Shown: positions 46,366 to 56,998, counted from the first letter of the stretch. The stretch is DNA of 64,000 bases from Longimicrobiales bacterium (GCA_028279425.1 JANQNV010000132.1:19015-83014), one strand, 5' to 3'. Translations and numbers: made by a program. The notes: generated by a model from the letters alone, not told the origin.

Positions 46366-49031
46366 TCCGCTTCGTACGGGGGCTCTACGAGCGCTGCCAG
46401 GTATTGCTCGGGCGGGAGCGATTCGAATCCGAGCTCGACGAAGAGCTGCAGTTCCACCTCGATGCCGCCACGCAACGACATATCGACGCCGGGATGACGC
46501 CGAGCGAGGCCAGGCGAGCCGCGATGCACGCCCTGGGTGGGGTGGAAACGACGAAGGAGCAAGTGCGAAGCGAGACCGGGGTCCGGTGGGCACAGGACCT
46601 CGCGCAGGATGTGCGCTACGGCGTGCGATCCCTCGTGAAGCGCCCCGGCTTCACACTGGCGCTCCTCGCCACGATCGGGGTCGCGATCGGCTCCAACGCC
46701 GCGGTGTTCAGCGTCGTGCACTCGATCCTGCTGAAGCCGCTGCCCTTCGCCGAACCCGACCGCATCGTCCGCATCCACAACAGCTACCCCGCCCGCAACG
46801 TCGCCCGCGCCGCCAACAGCGTCCGCGACTTCTACGATCGCCAGCAGCTCGAAGCCTTCGCCGACGTCGCGCTCTACACCGAGATCGCCCACAGCATGGG
46901 CCCCGACGGCGCTGCCCAGCACGTCTTTGCGATGGAGGTCACGCCGTCGTTCTTCTCGGTGTTCGGGGCCGTACCGGCGATCGGAACGCTCTTCCCCGAG
47001 AGCCTCGCGCGGGGAGCCGCGAGCTACGCCGTGATCGGGGATGCGCTCTGGCGCAGCGCGTTCGGGGCCGACCCGGATGTCGTGGGAAGCACGGTGATCC
47101 TCAACGGCCATCCCTACGAATTGACCGGTGTGATGCCCGAGGGCTTCGAGTTCGCCACCTGGGATGCCCAGGTCTACACGCCGCTGGTCTTTGCCCCCGA
47201 CGCCCCGTTCTCGCGCGCTCGCAACGCCGACCGCTTCAACATGGTGGCGCGACTGCACGCCGACGCGACGGTAGAGGGCGCCCAACAGCAGCTCGACGCC
47301 CTCAACGGGGTCCTCCTCCAGGAGTACTCCCCCGAGGACCGCGTCGCGGCGCTGAGTGGAGGCTTCCGCTCGGAGGTGCGAGGCTATCTCGCCGACCTCA
47401 CATCGTCGATCCGACGCCCGCTGCTCCTGCTGTGGCTCGGCGCCTTGATCGTCTTGATCGCGGCGATGGCCAACGTCACCACCCTCTTCCTCATCCGCGC
47501 CACCTCACGTCGCCGCGAAATCGCCTGCCGCATCGCCCTCGGCGCGGCGCGTGCGCGCGTCTTCCGGCAACTCCTCACCGAGAGTTCGATCGTGGCGACC
47601 ATCGGCGGTGGGGTCGGCATCGCCCTGGCCGCGTGGAGCCTGCGGTTTCTCGGAGCCTTCGAGGTCTACGAGATTCCTCGCGTCGACAGCGTGGCCGTCA
47701 GCCCCACCGTGGTCGCAGCGGGCATCCTGGCCTCCCTCGTCTTCGGCACGGTGGCCGCGCTCCTCCCGGCTCGAGGTTTGTTGTGGGGTGCCGGTGGCCA
47801 GCTGAGCGGGGGACCGCGTGGCGGCATGAGTGCCCGGCCCTCGCGCGTGCATCACCTGCTGGTGGGGCTGCAGGTCTCGTTCGCCTTCGTGCTCGTGATG
47901 ACCACGGGGCTGCTCGTCGAGAGCCTTCGCCACATGAGCGCGGTGCAGGTCGGCTTCGAGCCGGCGGGTGTCGGTGTGGGGGCTACGAATCTCCCGGGCA
48001 ATGCGTACCCCAACGCCGTTGCGCGCGCGCAGTTCGCACACGACATGGTCGACGCGCTGCAGGCCCAGCCCGACGTCGAACGCGCCGCCATCGCCACGCA
48101 GCTTCCCTTTTCGGACACCGACGATCGGACCACCGTTTTCGCCGAGGGCGTCACCGCGACATCGGGCGAGGGTGCTTCGTCGGCCTACCTCACGGCCGTG
48201 ACCGGCGGGTACTTCGAGGCGATGGGGATGCGGCTCGTGGCCGGGCAGCCCTTCACCCGAACCGACGATCGATCCAGCCGGCGGGTCGCGATCGTCGACG
48301 AGGGGCTGGCGCGTCTGCTCTGGCCGGACGGCTCGCCGATCGGACGCCGCATCTGGCTGGGTGAGCCGACGGGCGACCTCGACACCGCGGTCGAGGTGGT
48401 CGGGGTCGTCGCCTCGATTCGGCAGAACAGCCTCACCGCCGAGCAGCTCCCCGGCGCCATGTACCTGCCGTTCGCGCAGGCACCGTCGTCGTTCTTCCGG
48501 ATCGTGACGAAGACGCGCGGCGATGTGACGGCCGTGACGAGGCTTGCGAGCGACGCGATGGCCGCCGTCGACCCCAACCTGATCTACTACTGGGTCGACA
48601 TCCTGGACGATGCGGTGGGGGGATCGCTGCTCTTCCTCCGTCTGCCCATGCGCCTGCTGTCCGTCTTCGCAGTGGTCAGCCTGTTCCTGGTGATTCTCGG
48701 CGTCTACGGCGTCACCACCCATGTGGTGCGCACACGCACCCAGGAGTTGGGACTGCGGATGGCGCTCGGTGGCACCCAGGGCGGCATCGCCGGTCTGCTC
48801 GCCAGGGAGTGGTCGTCGGTCGTGGTGCTGGGGCTCGGATTCGGGGTGCTCGGGACGCTCGTCGTGCTCCGGGTCGTGCGCAGCCTCCTGTTCGGGACGT
48901 CGGGGCTGGACCTGTCCGTGGCCGGGGCGACGATCGCGCTCGTCCTGCTCGCGGCGGGGCTGGCCTTCTTCTGGCCGGTGCGTCACGCGCTGCGGATCGA
49001 TCCGGCGCGGGCGCTGCAGGTGACGGATTGA
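46362..49031 (+). CDS. ADOP-type duplicated MacB/FtsX ABC permease
   Basis: ELDEELQFHL prefix domain, QDVRYGVRSL, LLKPLPF, RRREIACRIALGA, RTQELGLRMALG, IDP. Confidence 0.92.
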   Translation: MIRFVRGLYERCQVLLGRERFESELDEELQFHLDAATQRHIDAGMTPSEARRAAMHALGGVETTKEQVRSETGVRWAQDLAQDVRYGVRSLVKRPGFTLALLATIGVAIGSNAAVFSVVHSILLKPLPFAEPDRIVRIHNSYPARNVARAANSVRDFYDRQQLEAFADVALYTEIAHSMGPDGAAQHVFAMEVTPSFFSVFGAVPAIGTLFPESLARGAASYAVIGDALWRSAFGADPDVVGSTVILNGHPYELTGVMPEGFEFATWDAQVYTPLVFAPDAPFSRARNADRFNMVARLHADATVEGAQQQLDALNGVLLQEYSPEDRVAALSGGFRSEVRGYLADLTSSIRRPLLLLWLGALIVLIAAMANVTTLFLIRATSRRREIACRIALGAARARVFRQLLTESSIVATIGGGVGIALAAWSLRFLGAFEVYEIPRVDSVAVSPTVVAAGILASLVFGTVAALLPARGLLWGAGGQLSGGPRGGMSARPSRVHHLLVGLQVSFAFVLVMTTGLLVESLRHMSAVQVGFEPAGVGVGATNLPGNAYPNAVARAQFAHDMVDALQAQPDVERAAIATQLPFSDTDDRTTVFAEGVTATSGEGASSAYLTAVTGGYFEAMGMRLVAGQPFTRTDDRSSRRVAIVDEGLARLLWPDGSPIGRRIWLGEPTGDLDTAVEVVGVVASIRQNSLTAEQLPGAMYLPFAQAPSSFFRIVTKTRGDVTAVTRLASDAMAAVDPNLIYYWVDILDDAVGGSLLFLRLPMRLLSVFAVVSLFLVILGVYGVTTHVVRTRTQELGLRMALGGTQGGIAGLLAREWSSVVVLGLGFGVLGTLVVLRVVRSLLFGTSGLDLSVAGATIALVLLAAGLAFFWPVRHALRIDPARALQVTD

Positions 49032-49054
49032 GAGGCCGGCCGGGGGAATCGAGG

Positions 49055-50311
49055 ATGGCCTGGACTCCCCCTGCGCCCACCTCGGTGCTCCTGGTCGCGG
49101 CGTTGCTCGGCGGGTGCGGCTCCCCTGACCCGAGCCCACCGTCGGCCGCCTACGAGGAGCGCGACAGTGCTGGGATCCGCATCGTGGCGAGCCGACAGCC
49201 GATGTGGTCGGAGGGTGACGAGTGGCGTGTGGAGCCGACACCCATGCTGCGCCTGGGGGCCCTCGACGGTCCTGACGCTGAGCAGTTCGCCGATATCGGA
49301 GGCGCCGCGAGGCTATCGGATGGCCGAGTCGTGGTGTCGGATGCCCAGAGTGGCACCCTGCGATTCTTCGGTTCCGACGGGCGGCACCTGAGGACCGTGG
49401 GTCGCCTGGGCGATGGGCCGGAGGAGTTCAACGGATACATGTCGTTCTTCGTTCTGCCGAACGACACGATTCTCGTCCTGGACCGTGTGAACGATCGGGT
49501 ATGGATCAGCCCGGAGGGCCAGTTCCTGAGGCGCAACTCCATGGCCCGCGACGCCCTCAACCATCTCGTCGACCTCGAGGCATCCCGCGATGGGATGTAT
49601 GCCCTGTGGATGGCTGACGGTTCGATGTTGGGCGCCTCGACCCGGCACCCACCCTTTCCGTGGAAGGTCGGTGACTGGATACGCCCGGTCACGACCGTGC
49701 ACCTCGTTACTCTCGAGGGCTCGCAGGCCGAACCAGTGTACGAGTTCGGCGGAAGCCAGAGTCAGGTCATTGATCGGGGTGGGGGGCCTGACCCAGTCGG
49801 GTTCTTCCCGTTTGCCGTCATTGGGCAAAGCACGAGCGCTGCATCGGGGCAAGCCTACGTGGCCGCCGACGGCGCGAAGGCGGAAGTTTTCCGCTTCTCC
49901 CCCACCAGGGGGCCGGAGATCCTGCGATGGAATCAGACGCCAACCCCGGTTACCGAGGCCGCAGTAGCCGCGTGGACCGAGGCGACAACCGACGGCCTGG
50001 ACGGACCGTCTCAGACTCGGGTGGCGCAGACGTTGGCGGCCGTGGAGACTCCAGCCGTGATGCCGGTCGTCGATGAAGTGATGGCCGCTCGCGATGGCTC
50101 CGTCTGGGTTCGCGGCCCTCTCGAGGATCCGACGGTGCACGGCGAGACGGGCGTGCGGTGGCGGGTTCTCGGCGCGTCGGGCCATCTGCTCGGAGTCGTC
50201 GAACTCCCGTCGGGGCTGACTCCCACCGACATCGGGGAGGACTATCTGGTGGGAGTGCGTTTGGACGGGCTCGACGTGCCCATCGTTCAGGTGCATCGAC
50301 TCGTCCGGTAG
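49055..50311 (+). CDS. 6-bladed beta-propeller lipoprotein
   Basis: Lipobox LGGC, RDSAGIRIV, GRLGDGPEEF, DGLDVPIV. Confidence 0.82.
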   Translation: MAWTPPAPTSVLLVAALLGGCGSPDPSPPSAAYEERDSAGIRIVASRQPMWSEGDEWRVEPTPMLRLGALDGPDAEQFADIGGAARLSDGRVVVSDAQSGTLRFFGSDGRHLRTVGRLGDGPEEFNGYMSFFVLPNDTILVLDRVNDRVWISPEGQFLRRNSMARDALNHLVDLEASRDGMYALWMADGSMLGASTRHPPFPWKVGDWIRPVTTVHLVTLEGSQAEPVYEFGGSQSQVIDRGGGPDPVGFFPFAVIGQSTSAASGQAYVAADGAKAEVFRFSPTRGPEILRWNQTPTPVTEAAVAAWTEATTDGLDGPSQTRVAQTLAAVETPAVMPVVDEVMAARDGSVWVRGPLEDPTVHGETGVRWRVLGASGHLLGVVELPSGLTPTDIGEDYLVGVRLDGLDVPIVQVHRLVR

Positions 50312-50443
50312 CTCCCTCCAGCGGGCGGCGGTTGCCGTCGGCCGGGTGCGCGCTCCGTAGGCGGCCCCTATCGTGGAGCGGTCCGGTAGCTGTAGACCCA
50401 CCGAGGTCTCGACCTCGACGCCGGGCGCACACTCGGTTCAGAG

Positions 50444-50584
50444 ATGGTGCGGCCGGAGACCATCGACCGGATCGAGGGCATGGCCTTCCTCACCGAGGGC
50501 CAGAAGAGGTACATCCTCTGCAACAACGCAGCCCGATTCCTCCGGCTGAGCGAAGAGGAGATCGCGCGACACCATGGGCGGTAG
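50444..50584 (+). pseudogene. C-terminal remnant of an amidohydrolase (Amidohydro_2-like)
   Basis: Manual translation (LGSE)MVRPETIDRIEGMAFLTEGQKRYILCNNAARFLRLSEEEIARHHGR*; resembles the GSD..WP...I..NA..FL ending of the family. Confidence 0.6.
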
Positions 50585-51773
50585 GGGTTCGTTCGGCAGG
50601 AAGCTGCTCCCGATTCTGTTGCTCTCTCTGGGCGCATGTGGCGACTCAGGTCCAGAAACGGCCGGTGCGCAGATTTCGGATAGCGCTGGTGTGCGTATCA
50701 GCATCAGTCCCGCGGCTCCGCTCGTGTACGCCACCGTCGATTCCGTCCCGGTACTGTCGCTCGGGGGGCCGGCGGCGAGCGGGCCCACCCAGTTTTCGGG
50801 CATTCGTGGGATCCACGTGTCGCCCGCCGGGACGATCTGGGTAGCCGATTTCGCCTCGGCCGAGGTGCGACTCTTCGACGCCAGCGGGGCTCACCTCGCG
50901 TCGTTGGGGGGCCGAGGTGAGGGACCCGGGGAGTTCCAGTACCCGCGGCCCCTCGGGGCCATCAGCGGTGACACAGTGCTGGTCACCGACGATGCGGCGG
51001 GTCGGATCACCGTCTACGACCGCGAAGGCGGTCACGTTCGTGACGAACTCGTTTCGGCGGAGTCGGCGGCGCCGAACCTGCGCGCGGTCTTGTCGAACGG
51101 AGACCTGGTCGGACAGATCCCCCTGGTCGTTCAGGTCGGCTCTGTGGAAGCCGGTGCCACACTGGGCGACTCGGCGCGGTTCGTCCGGTGGAACCGGGAG
51201 ACGGACGCACGCGCGCCTCTGGGCACCGCGCCCGCCCCCATCTGGTTGTGGGATGGCCGATCTCAGGTGCCGCTTCCGTTCACCGTCAGCCCTGGCGTTG
51301 CCACGGATGGCTCCCTGGTCTACCTCACCTCGGGCCCGGCCTTCCGCATTCGAGCCTTCGATGCGAGCGGGTTGATCGAGAGCTTCGGCGTTGCCCGAGC
51401 TCCCCAGCCGGCCGACGAAGCATCCCGGGCCGACTATCGACGATACCTCGACGCCCTCTATGAGGGGCCCACGTTGCAGGCGCATCTCGACGCGATGCGG
51501 CATCCGGACGTGCCGACCGAGCTTCCCGCCTACTCGGGTCTCGTCGTCTCGGCCGACGGCGACGTCTGGGCGCGTCGATACACCCCCGATCTGCTGGCTG
51601 CGGCGTCGTTCGACGTGTTCGGAGCCGACCGCGTTTACCTCGGTGAGGTCGTGTTCCCGCCGCGGTTTTCGCTGCGAGCCGTGCGCGGCGACGAGGCGAC
51701 GGGGATCTGGCTCGACGAGCTGAACGTGCAATACGTCCGGACGTATCGGCTCGTGTGGCGGGCGGCGCGGTAA
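50574..51773 (+). CDS. 6-bladed beta-propeller lipoprotein
   Basis: Lipobox LGAC, SDSAGVRI, LGGRGEGPGEF, DELNVQYV. Confidence 0.82.
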   Translation: MGGRGSFGRKLLPILLLSLGACGDSGPETAGAQISDSAGVRISISPAAPLVYATVDSVPVLSLGGPAASGPTQFSGIRGIHVSPAGTIWVADFASAEVRLFDASGAHLASLGGRGEGPGEFQYPRPLGAISGDTVLVTDDAAGRITVYDREGGHVRDELVSAESAAPNLRAVLSNGDLVGQIPLVVQVGSVEAGATLGDSARFVRWNRETDARAPLGTAPAPIWLWDGRSQVPLPFTVSPGVATDGSLVYLTSGPAFRIRAFDASGLIESFGVARAPQPADEASRADYRRYLDALYEGPTLQAHLDAMRHPDVPTELPAYSGLVVSADGDVWARRYTPDLLAAASFDVFGADRVYLGEVVFPPRFSLRAVRGDEATGIWLDELNVQYVRTYRLVWRAAR

Positions 51774-51900
51774 GGAACGGCAGGTGATTCGCCACCTCGT
51801 GGTGTGCATGCTCGCCCAGTTGCGACGCGGGCTCGACCCCGAGCGATTCCCTGCGGGCTTCATGGAGTGGGCGTGATCGACCCCGCCACGGTTCGCTGCC

Positions 51901-52830
51901 TCAGGGTCGCCAACTTCTGAAATACGTCGGTAGCCATGTCTCGGCTGCCACCCCGTATCCTATCGCGAGGCCGGAGTATGTGTGTGAGTGCCGTTGTGAC
52001 GAAAACTCGCGACCCTTGGCCGCAACGTGATACTGGATCGTGAAGCTGCCCCACCGCACGCCGACTTCAAGCGCGCCCTCGCGCAGGACCGGCTCGAGAT
52101 CTACGAAGCTGCGGCCCGAGAAGAGCGATCCCTCTACGAAGCTATCGTGAGCGCGAAGTCTCAGGAGTGAAGCGGCCCGTGCTCGGAGCTCGAAACGGCC
52201 GAATCGGATGTTGGCTTCAACGTTGGGAGCGATTCCGGCCTCAACCCGGACCGTTCCCACATCTCCGAGCAGGTCGACACCTATCCCAAGTGCGGCTGGG
52301 CCCACCTCGGCTGGTGGTGCCCACCATCCGATTCTTCCTACGAGCCCCACTCCGACTTCGTCCTCGACGACTGGCTCCCAAGGTGGGTTGTTCTGCCGTC
52401 CAGCCCATTCGTGGAATCGTCGTTGAGTCTCTTCAGCCAGCGACGCGTCTCCTGTGGTACCGACGTACCCGCCGACTGCGACCCGCCTGCGGTCGTCGAG
52501 TCGATAGGCGATACCTGTCACGTACAACCAGCCCGCATACGGCCGGTTGGCATCCGACAGGAATGAGTTGGTGGGATTGAAGATCAACTGCCCGAGTTCA
52601 ACGCCGAACGAACGCGCTGGTCTTTCGTTCGATCCGAAGCTGAGGGACAGCTTGGTGCCGTGCGTGTAGTCGCGATCTGGTCGGTCCCAGAAGCCATCCC
52701 ACAAGTTGAAGTAGTCATTGTCAGCTCGGACCTGAACTGATCGCAGTGTCTGAGCGCTGACCGGCCACGCTCCGACCAATGCGATCGAGGCTGCAATCAC
52801 TACTTGGCGGGCGATGTCACGATGGCGCAT
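51901..52830 (-). CDS. Lipid A deacylase LpxR-family outer-membrane protein
   Basis: DNDYF, DRDYTHG, GQLIFNP, RPYAGWLY, Q..FH, REFSSQ..H. Confidence 0.8.
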   Translation of the reverse strand: MRHRDIARQVVIAASIALVGAWPVSAQTLRSVQVRADNDYFNLWDGFWDRPDRDYTHGTKLSLSFGSNERPARSFGVELGQLIFNPTNSFLSDANRPYAGWLYVTGIAYRLDDRRRVAVGGYVGTTGDASLAEETQRRFHEWAGRQNNPPWEPVVEDEVGVGLVGRIGWWAPPAEVGPAALGIGVDLLGDVGTVRVEAGIAPNVEANIRFGRFELRARAASLLRLRAHDSFVEGSLFSGRSFVDLEPVLREGALEVGVRWGSFTIQYHVAAKGREFSSQRHSHTYSGLAIGYGVAAETWLPTYFRSWRP

Positions 52831-52883
52831 GGTCCCCCACCTGGGTGGTTCGTACTGAGGGCATACTTGTGGCGGATTCTGGC

Positions 52884-53573
52884 CTACCCGCCGGACCTTG
52901 GTGTCACGACTACCGGCAACGATCTCCGTCGGCCGCTTACAGTCAGGGTGATAGTTGCGGTCAAGTTGTCTGCGTTGATCGACAAGGTGGGGTCGGGGCT
53001 TGCACCGCCTACGATCTGCACATCGTCGGGTCTATCGGACACCCACGAGATGCGGAAGTCGCCCGGATTCATGGGAGTAGCGTGGGCGTTCTGCAGACGG
53101 GCCGATAACGTATGTCGCTGAGCCACCACTGAGTTTCTGGTGAACACCAGTCTGTCTCCGATCGGATGACCGTCCAGAAGAGGTATGATTTCCGAGAGAC
53201 CTGCCGGATACGAGTGAACCCATGCCTCGCCCAAACCTCGGCCGAGAACGGCAAGGTACAGCCTCGAACCGAGGCTATCCGCCCTCACGGTGAAGGTATC
53301 ACCCTCGTGGAGGACCGAACGAGTCGTATCGCCGGCTGCGAACCACTTGACTCGCCCACTTCGTCCAGTGAGCGCTTCGCCACGAGCTGACCGGGGCGTC
53401 GCGACAAAGCGGGACGAATCGCCGACCGGAAGGTGGAGCGAGTCTGGCTCGAGCGCGACCCTATCGACCCATACCGGGCCTATTGGCTGATAGCAAGCGC
53501 AGAGGAAAACTCCGACCCCCAGGGAAAGCCGTAGGGCGGTGGCCCGCAGGACCAGGCACTCCCGGTACCACAC
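52884..53573 (-). CDS. Lipoprotein with two Ig-like (Big_2-type) domains
   Basis: Lipobox LCAC; ALEPDSLHLPVGD..ATPRSARG..VKW; paralog of 59843-60466. Confidence 0.65.
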   Translation of the reverse strand: MWYRECLVLRATALRLSLGVGVFLCACYQPIGPVWVDRVALEPDSLHLPVGDSSRFVATPRSARGEALTGRSGRVKWFAAGDTTRSVLHEGDTFTVRADSLGSRLYLAVLGRGLGEAWVHSYPAGLSEIIPLLDGHPIGDRLVFTRNSVVAQRHTLSARLQNAHATPMNPGDFRISWVSDRPDDVQIVGGASPDPTLSINADNLTATITLTVSGRRRSLPVVVTPRSGG

Positions 53574-53577
53574 CTCC

Positions 53578-54150
53578 CTATTCGCTCGCCAGGCTCACCC
53601 ATGCGTCCATGGGCACCTGCACCATCCCCGTCGCTCCATTGCAACCGAACATGATGAACCCAGCGACATCGCTCAGGAGAACCTTCCCCGGGTTCGCCGC
53701 CATCATCGCGCGAAGGTCGGTCGGATCATTCTCTGCAACCAGAGCGGCTAACGCATCTTCGAAGTCCCCGGAAGGAAAGCAGGTCTCGTGGTACCATAAG
53801 CAGCGGCCGGACACCCAGTTACTGTGACCCTGTGGAATTCCCCCATGCTCGGCCTCTTCGTCGAACGGTTCTACGAAGAGATAGAAACTCGTGACGATGT
53901 AGTATCCCGGAGGCGTCAACGGCTGGGTTCCAGAGAACGCGTGCGCAAAGCCCACGTTGTGATTGAAGGCGTCCCAGCAGTTGTTGCATCCTGTTGGGAG
54001 AGGCGCCTCCCCGGAGGCCAGAGTCGCGGCGGCTGCCTCAAGGCGAAGGACCTCTGCGGCGGTAAGGCCGTCGCCGTTGGAGGGCCCTGACGGAGCACCG
54101 AAGGCCACCAGTACGAACCCCAAAGCTGCCCAAATTCCAAGTGCGTGCAT
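53578..54150 (-). CDS. Exported Cys/His-rich hypothetical protein
   Basis: AAGGAGG RBS; signal peptide; CNNC..H..H...GH..C..YH..C...C. Confidence 0.75.
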   Translation of the reverse strand: MHALGIWAALGFVLVAFGAPSGPSNGDGLTAAEVLRLEAAAATLASGEAPLPTGCNNCWDAFNHNVGFAHAFSGTQPLTPPGYYIVTSFYLFVEPFDEEAEHGGIPQGHSNWVSGRCLWYHETCFPSGDFEDALAALVAENDPTDLRAMMAANPGKVLLSDVAGFIMFGCNGATGMVQVPMDAWVSLASE

Positions 54151-54286
54151 CTCCACACCTCCTTGCGAGTATGCTGTGCTCGCAGGTTAGGGTGCAGCCT
54201 TGCCTTGCGCAAGGGGATGTGCCGTCGCGTCAGTTGGGGTGCGTACCGGTGAGGTGTAGCGGCGTAGGTAGCCTGACCATGCCCCC

Positions 54287-56998
54287 CTACTCGCTGCGCA
54301 GAATCCGCAAGGGATCGAGCTTCGACGCCCGGCGCGCCGGGAGGTAACTCGAGGCCGCTCCGGCAGCCACGATCACGACGGCTGCAACCGCCAGGAGCAG
54401 CGGGTCCACGCCGCTCCACTCGGGCGTGAGACTCCGGAGCACGTCGCCCGAGAGAGCCACGATGACGAGTCCCACGGCGGTGCCAATCCACACGGCCACC
54501 CCGTTGTCCCTTACCAGGAACCACCGGATCTGGTCTACCCTCGCCCCGACGGCGATGCGAATGCCGACCTCGCGTAGGCGTCGCCCGACCGCGTGGGTGA
54601 CGACCCCGTAGATACCGCCCACGGTGAGGACCAAAGCCGAGGCCGCGAAGACGGCGAGGAGGGCGAGGGCCAGCCGGTTGAGGCCGTACTCCGAATCGAG
54701 TATGACGGTGAGCGCCGTCAGGGCATACACGGGCTGATCGGGTGACACATCGGCGACGGCGCGCCGCACAGCCGGGGCCTGGTCGAGTGCGGGACCACGC
54801 GTCCGGGCCAGGATCGCCACCGAACTCGGCGGATCGTCGCGGAGGAGAGCATAGACCGCCGGGGGCGTCGGGTCGTAGGCGTAGCCTTCCTTCACATCTG
54901 CCACCACACCCACGATCTGCCAGGGGAGGTCGGCGTCCCCGGTGGCTGCGGTGCCCGACGCGCCGCTACCCGACGCTCCGGTTGGGCGCCTGATCGACTG
55001 GCCGATCGCGGGGCCACCATTCAGAAATCGGCGCACGAAAGTCTGGTTCACGACGACCCCTCGGTCGACGCCCGAGCCCAACCCCTGCCCCTCGAGGACG
55101 GGAATGCCCAGCACCTCGAAGTAGGAGGCGGTCGCGGGGCGCCAGACGGTGCGTGACGGAGTACCGCTCTCGTCGGCGCCCTGCCCCACGATCTCGATCC
55201 GCTGCGATGCGTCGTCGCCGACTCCCGGCGGCACGAAGGCCAGCGCGACACCCTCGACGCCGGGCAGCGCTGACACATGCTCCTCGAGCTGAGTGTACAT
55301 GGTCGTTCGCGAATCGGGGCCTCCTCGCCCCTGCCCGGCCACCCCCGCCGACGGCGTGACCCTCGCGTGCAGCAGCCGCTCGGCGTCGAAGCCGGGGTCC
55401 ACGCCGACGCGGGTGCGATAGCTTTCGAGCAGGAGGCCCGCTCCCGCGAGGAGTACGAGGGCGAGCGACGTCTCGGCCGCGATCAGCATCCGGCCCAATC
55501 TCCGGCGTCCCCGCTCCGAGGCACCCCTCTGTGGCCCACGCCCGACGTTGCGGCCCGCCTGCCGCCACGCCTGGAAGGCGGGGGCCGCAGCGCCGAGAGC
55601 GCCGATCACAGTGGCGAGCAGCAGGCAGGCGACGACACCCCCGACGCCGAGCGCGGCTTCGTCCATGCGCGGGATGTAGAACGACTGCATGCGGCGAGCC
55701 AACTCGATGATCCCCAGCGCCACCGCGACCCCGAGCCCCCCTCCGACGGCGGTGAGGATCGCGCTCTCGACCCCGAGAAGCCCGAGAATGCGGCTACGGT
55801 TCGCCCCGAGCGCGACGCGGGTGCGGACCTCGTCGAGCCGTTCCCACCCCCGTGCAATTCGAAGCGTCAGCACGTTGAGGGCTGCGAGCAGAAGCACCAG
55901 GAGCGCTGCCGCGAGGAGCACCCCCAGACGTCGCTTCGACGCCGCCCGTGTGCCCGCCGACCACTCGGTCGCCACCAGTCTCCCCTCGGCCTCGACGGCA
56001 CCCGAAGCCGAGGCCAGCGCCCCCTTGAGTTGGGCGGGCGTTACCCCGGGCAGAGGGCGCAAGAAGGTGAGGAATCCACGCCCGCTCGCGGCCCAATCCA
56101 CACCGGCTGGGCCCGCGAGGACCCAGGCGCTCCCCGGTGCGAAGTACGGGCCGGGAAACTCGAATGACTCGGGCATCACGCCCAACACGACACACGGGGC
56201 TGTGTCGAGGCGTACCGTGCGTCCGATCACGGCTGGGTCACTCGCGAAGGCGTCGACCCACAGCCCATGCCCGATCATCAGAGTGCAGGGACCTCCGGGC
56301 CGATCGTCGTCCGCCGTGGGTAAAGTCCCGAGCTGCGCGGGTACGCCGAGCGTCGCGAAGCTCTCGGCCGTAGTGACGACACCGCGAATCCGCCGCGGCA
56401 ATTCGCCGTCGCGCAGCGAGAGGTCTCGAAGGCGGGCGACCGCAACCTCGGCGACGCCCTCGGTCGCCTCGTCGAGCGCGCGTACAGGGGCGGGAGACAC
56501 CTGCGAGGCTCGGCGTCCCTCGTTCTCCCAGACGACCTGCTGAATCTCGTGGGGTTCGGCGTACGGGAGTGGCGCGAGGAGGACCGCGTAGAACACGCTC
56601 CCCACACCGATCGTGACCCCGATCCCCACCGCCATGGTCATCACGACCGCGGCCGATTGGGTCGGTCGGCGTGCCACGCCCCTGGCACCGATCCGGAGCG
56701 CCGCCCCTACGTCGTGAAGTGCCGCCATCATCCCCCCTTCCCCGTGTGGACGGCGCCCCCTCGCGCCGAAGTTGCTCCGCAGCGCGTCTCGGCGCAGTTG
56801 AACCGCCGTCGCGACTACATCCCAGGCGACACCGATCCAGAAGCGCAGTCCCTCGGATCGCGTCCGGGCATTGGCCCGATCCCGGTGCGCCTGGAGCAGC
56901 GACGCGCCGAACTGCCGGCGGTACCAGCGCGGGAGGAGTCGCCGCAGCAGGCGCCACGTCAGCGGTTCCCGTGAAGGCCCTCGGGAGGGCGGTGTCAC
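54287..56998 (-). CDS. ADOP-type duplicated ABC permease
   Basis: LLPRWYRRQFG N-extension, LLAPLPY, TRVALGA, GFDAE, REVGIRIAVGA, RRASKLDP. Confidence 0.9.
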   Translation of the reverse strand: MTPPSRGPSREPLTWRLLRRLLPRWYRRQFGASLLQAHRDRANARTRSEGLRFWIGVAWDVVATAVQLRRDALRSNFGARGRRPHGEGGMMAALHDVGAALRIGARGVARRPTQSAAVVMTMAVGIGVTIGVGSVFYAVLLAPLPYAEPHEIQQVVWENEGRRASQVSPAPVRALDEATEGVAEVAVARLRDLSLRDGELPRRIRGVVTTAESFATLGVPAQLGTLPTADDDRPGGPCTLMIGHGLWVDAFASDPAVIGRTVRLDTAPCVVLGVMPESFEFPGPYFAPGSAWVLAGPAGVDWAASGRGFLTFLRPLPGVTPAQLKGALASASGAVEAEGRLVATEWSAGTRAASKRRLGVLLAAALLVLLLAALNVLTLRIARGWERLDEVRTRVALGANRSRILGLLGVESAILTAVGGGLGVAVALGIIELARRMQSFYIPRMDEAALGVGGVVACLLLATVIGALGAAAPAFQAWRQAGRNVGRGPQRGASERGRRRLGRMLIAAETSLALVLLAGAGLLLESYRTRVGVDPGFDAERLLHARVTPSAGVAGQGRGGPDSRTTMYTQLEEHVSALPGVEGVALAFVPPGVGDDASQRIEIVGQGADESGTPSRTVWRPATASYFEVLGIPVLEGQGLGSGVDRGVVVNQTFVRRFLNGGPAIGQSIRRPTGASGSGASGTAATGDADLPWQIVGVVADVKEGYAYDPTPPAVYALLRDDPPSSVAILARTRGPALDQAPAVRRAVADVSPDQPVYALTALTVILDSEYGLNRLALALLAVFAASALVLTVGGIYGVVTHAVGRRLREVGIRIAVGARVDQIRWFLVRDNGVAVWIGTAVGLVIVALSGDVLRSLTPEWSGVDPLLLAVAAVVIVAAGAASSYLPARRASKLDPLRILRSE

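Noticed and set aside
51783-51876. Short ORF-like remnant (IRHLVVCMLAQLRRGLDPERFPAGFMEWA) after a propeller gene
   Set aside because: Too short to assign and no recognisable family.
53578-54150. c-type cytochrome
   Set aside because: The motif is CNNCW, not CxxCH.
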